The position numbers and the translations under genes were made by a program. 37,366 nt of DNA from Octopus sinensis. Its lineage: Eukaryota. The notes below the pieces were generated by a model. That model did no database searches and was not told the DNA's origin. It was given only the letters and a program-made list of their open reading frames with translations. The stretch is from the NCBI RefSeq assembly GCF_006345805.1, contig NW_021824652.1, positions 1 to 37,366 on the forward strand, written 5' to 3'. Shown here piece after piece: positions 33,875-37,366 of this stretch. The stretch's first letter is position 1. Every line of letters begins with the position of its first letter.

Positions 33875-34030
33875 AGTAAGCTGGCAGAATCGTTAGCATG
33901 CCATAAAAAGTGTTTGGCGGTAATTCGTCCGTCTTTACGTTCTGAGCTCAAATTTCTCCGAAGTCGATTTTGCTTTTCATCCTTTCGGAGTCGATAAAAT
34001 AAGTACCAGCTGAATACTGGGGTCGATGTG
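33875..34030 (+). mobile_element. Degenerate family B SINE
   Basis: AGCTGGCAGAATCGTTAGCA...TTCATCCTTTCGGAGTCGATAA...GGGGTCGAT. Confidence 0.75.
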
Positions 34031-34119
34031 CCAAACTTTGACACTACCATCATGATCCTCATCATCATCATAATCATCATCATCGTCCTCACCATCATTA
34101 TATTATTATTATTATATTA

Positions 34120-34164
<45 letters not shown>

Positions 34165-34186
34165 TATTATTATTATTATTATTATT

Positions 34187-34742
34187 GAGTGAGAGAGCAG
34201 TGCATGCCATCAAAGTGACACTGGGGTAAAATATACGAAGTCCAGTACACCCATCAAGACTACTCATCTGATAAGGGTACACTAGGCACATGCATCTCAA
34301 CCATATGTACGTGACATGGTAATCTCATATCAAGATAAACAGCACATGACCTTGCAGGTGGGGCCCAGTTAGAATTTTTTTCTAGTCGAGTAACCCATCC
34401 CGCTCAAAAGGTCCCTGAATAAGGGTTGTTTAAGGATGTTGAACGAAACACCCATGTTTCCAGAGGTGAATTATTGAACCCCCAAAGAATATGTCTCAAC
34501 ACATGGCTATGATGCTCCCCCACTACTTCCGCTCGTGATCAGAGATGCACATATCGTCAGCCACTTAGGGACATGCTCAACTGGTTAAGGTCAAACAACT
34601 GACAAGTAAATCTGTGGTATTGAGCAGAATATTTGCTGTAGCCCATCTTTTATACCAAGACAAAACAATGTACATGATAACACTTCCAATCAGTTAAAAT
34701 CAGAAGCCACGAGTCACTGCCTGGAACTACATCAGAGCATTT
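34187..34742. mobile_element. Unclassified ~550-bp insert in (TAT)n microsatellite
   Basis: Sharp-edged block of balanced base composition between (TAT)n arrays. No ORF. Single copy in this window. Confidence 0.45.
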
Positions 34743-34777
34743 TTTTATCAATATTATTATTATTATTATTAGTAGTA

Positions 34778-34833
<56 letters not shown>

Positions 34834-35209
34834 TAGTATCATCATCATCATCAAGGTTATTATTGTTCTTGTTATTATTAATCTATAGCAAAAGATTGCA
34901 TTTTCAATGTTATTTATTGGAATTTAACTCTCACCTTAAATGGAGCAAGTCCATAGCCGATAACTGGCTGTTAAATCGCCAGCTGAGACCATCCTGTGAC
35001 ATTGTGTAGAGCACCACAACCAGCCAGCCAGCCACCACCCGCCACCATCCGTCTCCCAGCCATTCAGCTACCAGAAAGAAATGTCAAATTTATATTATAA
35101 TCACTGATCAAGGAAAGTTGAGGCTCCATTCAGATAGTTCTCTATGAAACACATTACCAGATTACAGGAGTGGTTGTCAGCTCAACTGTCCTCCCACACA
35201 CATACACAC

Positions 35210-35933
35210 TTCCTCTCTCTTTCTCTTCGCCTCTCTCTCTCTCTCCTCTCCTCTCTCTTCTTTCTTGTGTATATAGACATATATGTATGTACATGAGTAT
35301 GTATATATATATTGTATATATATATATATAGATATATATATATAATGTATATATTTATATATATATATACATATAGTATATATTTATTATATATATTATA
35401 TGTATATGTATATATATGTATATATATATATGTATGTGTATGCACACATTTATATGTATGTATGTACATAAATATATATATATATATATACTATATATAT
35501 ATATATACACGTCGCACACACATTCACAGACACACACACACGCACACACACGCACGCGCACACGCACACGCACACATACACACACACACACACACATCTA
35601 CCTATCTGTCTATTTCCTCAAACACTCGTTCTTGTTCTGAATGATGTTTTAACTAAACAACCAGTCGACCGACCGACCCACCGACCCACCGATCAGCCAG
35701 CCATTTAACTCAGCTAACTTCTTCCCTCCTTCTCTTCTCTTCTCTTCTCTCTCTCTCTCTCTCTCTCTCTCCCTCTCTCCCTCTCTCCCTCTCTCTCTCT
35801 CCTTACATACCAATCAGACTGTCATTTTGGTCATTGCAAGTTGTCGATTTTATAAAGACATTTAAATTCCCAGTTAGTTAGTGGAGAATATGTGTATTTC
35901 TCTCTTGCTCCCCTTCTCACTCTGTCTCCGTAC

Positions 35934-35964
<31 letters not shown>

Positions 35965-36060
35965 ATATATAATATATATATATATATATTACATGCATAA
36001 TACATACATACATACATACATACATACATACTATACATACATACATACATACATACCATT
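35210..36060. repeat. Compound microsatellites (CT, TA, CA, TACA) with unique spacers
   Basis: Direct reading. Confidence 0.9.
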
Positions 36061-36452
36061 CACGTATATGGTAAATGGCGACTCGCAGACTATGAAGACA
36101 AATGCACCATCCATTATTCAAAACAAGGCGTGCGGTGTCTTAAGACAAACAAATCGCTACTTAGCTACGTAACCTTTAACTTTTTCAGACAAGAAAATAT
36201 TATTATCATTATTATTAAAACCACAACCTCTTTTAATAAGTTGACAGTTAATGGATTAACAAAGCTAAAAGTCACCCATTACGCTATGTCTGTGTGTATA
36301 ATTACACAAATAGCCACGCATATACACGCCTATATATAAACGTATGCGTATATATATATATATATACTCATACACACAAATGTGCAAATACACGTATACG
36401 ATTCGCATCTTTAAGAGTTTTCCTGAAACAACAACGACAAGAAAATTATTAA

Positions 36453-36497
<45 letters not shown>

Positions 36498-37039
36498 CAT
36501 AATTTTTTCCAACATCCGTCGCCATTGTGGTGATATAAGAAATCTTTGTAGTTCTTTATTTATTCTAAGATATTTTATATCGCATGTTGTGAACAATAGC
36601 ATTGTGGGCTACGGGTCTCCAAACAGGCCAATTACTGTGTCTCTGTATACTTCTGACGACCACAGTTACAAAACATTGCCTGTGCAACGCGACGAAGCAA
36701 ATGTCACACAGAGATTTTCTTTCGTTCTTCTTCGACAGCGTCCGTGTTTTCATTTTCGCCGACAATGTTTACATCTAACGCTGGTTGTTTTTATGTGTAT
36801 GTATACGCATGCACGCGCGTACACAGGCGCGCATGAGAGTCTGAGGGAGTTGTAACATCGCTCGCAGGATTCGAACGCAGTGTCTGTTGAAAACTGTATA
36901 GCCGCGCAAGCCACTACACCAAAGCGTTATCACAACCCTTAAGCTCTTAAATCAGGACTTAAATTAAGTAGCCATATTGATATAGCAGTGACATGTCAAC
37001 AGGGATCGAAGTTCATACAGTATTCAAGGTTTAGCATTA

Positions 37040-37050
37040 GATAGACAGAC

Positions 37051-37128
<78 letters not shown>

Positions 37129-37129
37129 G

Positions 37130-37167
<38 letters not shown>

Positions 37168-37222
37168 TAGATAGATAGATAGATAGATAGATAGATGATA
37201 GATAGATATATAGATAGATAGA
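37040..37222. repeat. (GATA)n/(GA)n microsatellite
   Basis: Direct reading. Confidence 0.95.
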
Positions 37223-37366
37223 TTTTTAGGCCACACAGAGCCGAACACAGAGGGGACAAAATACAACAATGCAGAGCTTTCTTTTCGAAAAATGGAGAAA
37301 AATAAAATTCCGATCAAAGGGGATTGTGAGAAAGAAAAACGATCAAAAGGATCGTGTTATCACAGA

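Overview
AT-rich, microsatellite-saturated eukaryotic DNA, intronic or intergenic. It is most likely from an octopus or other coleoid cephalopod; this is inferred from my recognition of the SINE families and the (TA)n/(TACA)n/(GATA)n load, not from a database search. No intact protein-coding gene is present: nearly all listed ORFs are translated microsatellites or SINEs. Recognisable decayed transposons are three R4/Dong-like restriction-like-endonuclease (RLE) fragments, a tail-to-tail pair of CR1-like LINEs, RTE fragments (one split by a non-autonomous Helitron), an Hsmar1-like mariner fossil and three recurring tRNA-derived SINE families (labelled A, B and C here). The main hidden signal is RNA-level: at least four unrelated protein-free elements carry type I hammerhead ribozyme (HHR) motifs of the kind found in Penelope-like elements (PLEs). 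These are (1) a ~600-bp-unit tandem retrozyme-like array at 6947-8570, (2) a ~3-kb fold-back element with one HHR per arm at 10805-13830, (3) short ~200-bp HHR elements at 820-1035 and 24694-24890, and (4) two copies of a tRNA-headed SINE with a 3' HHR and a variable 5'-inverted partial copy, one bounded by a target-site duplication (25122-25600 and 29932-30593). Most of these sit in microsatellites. All folds and alignments were done by eye, and element boundaries are approximate.
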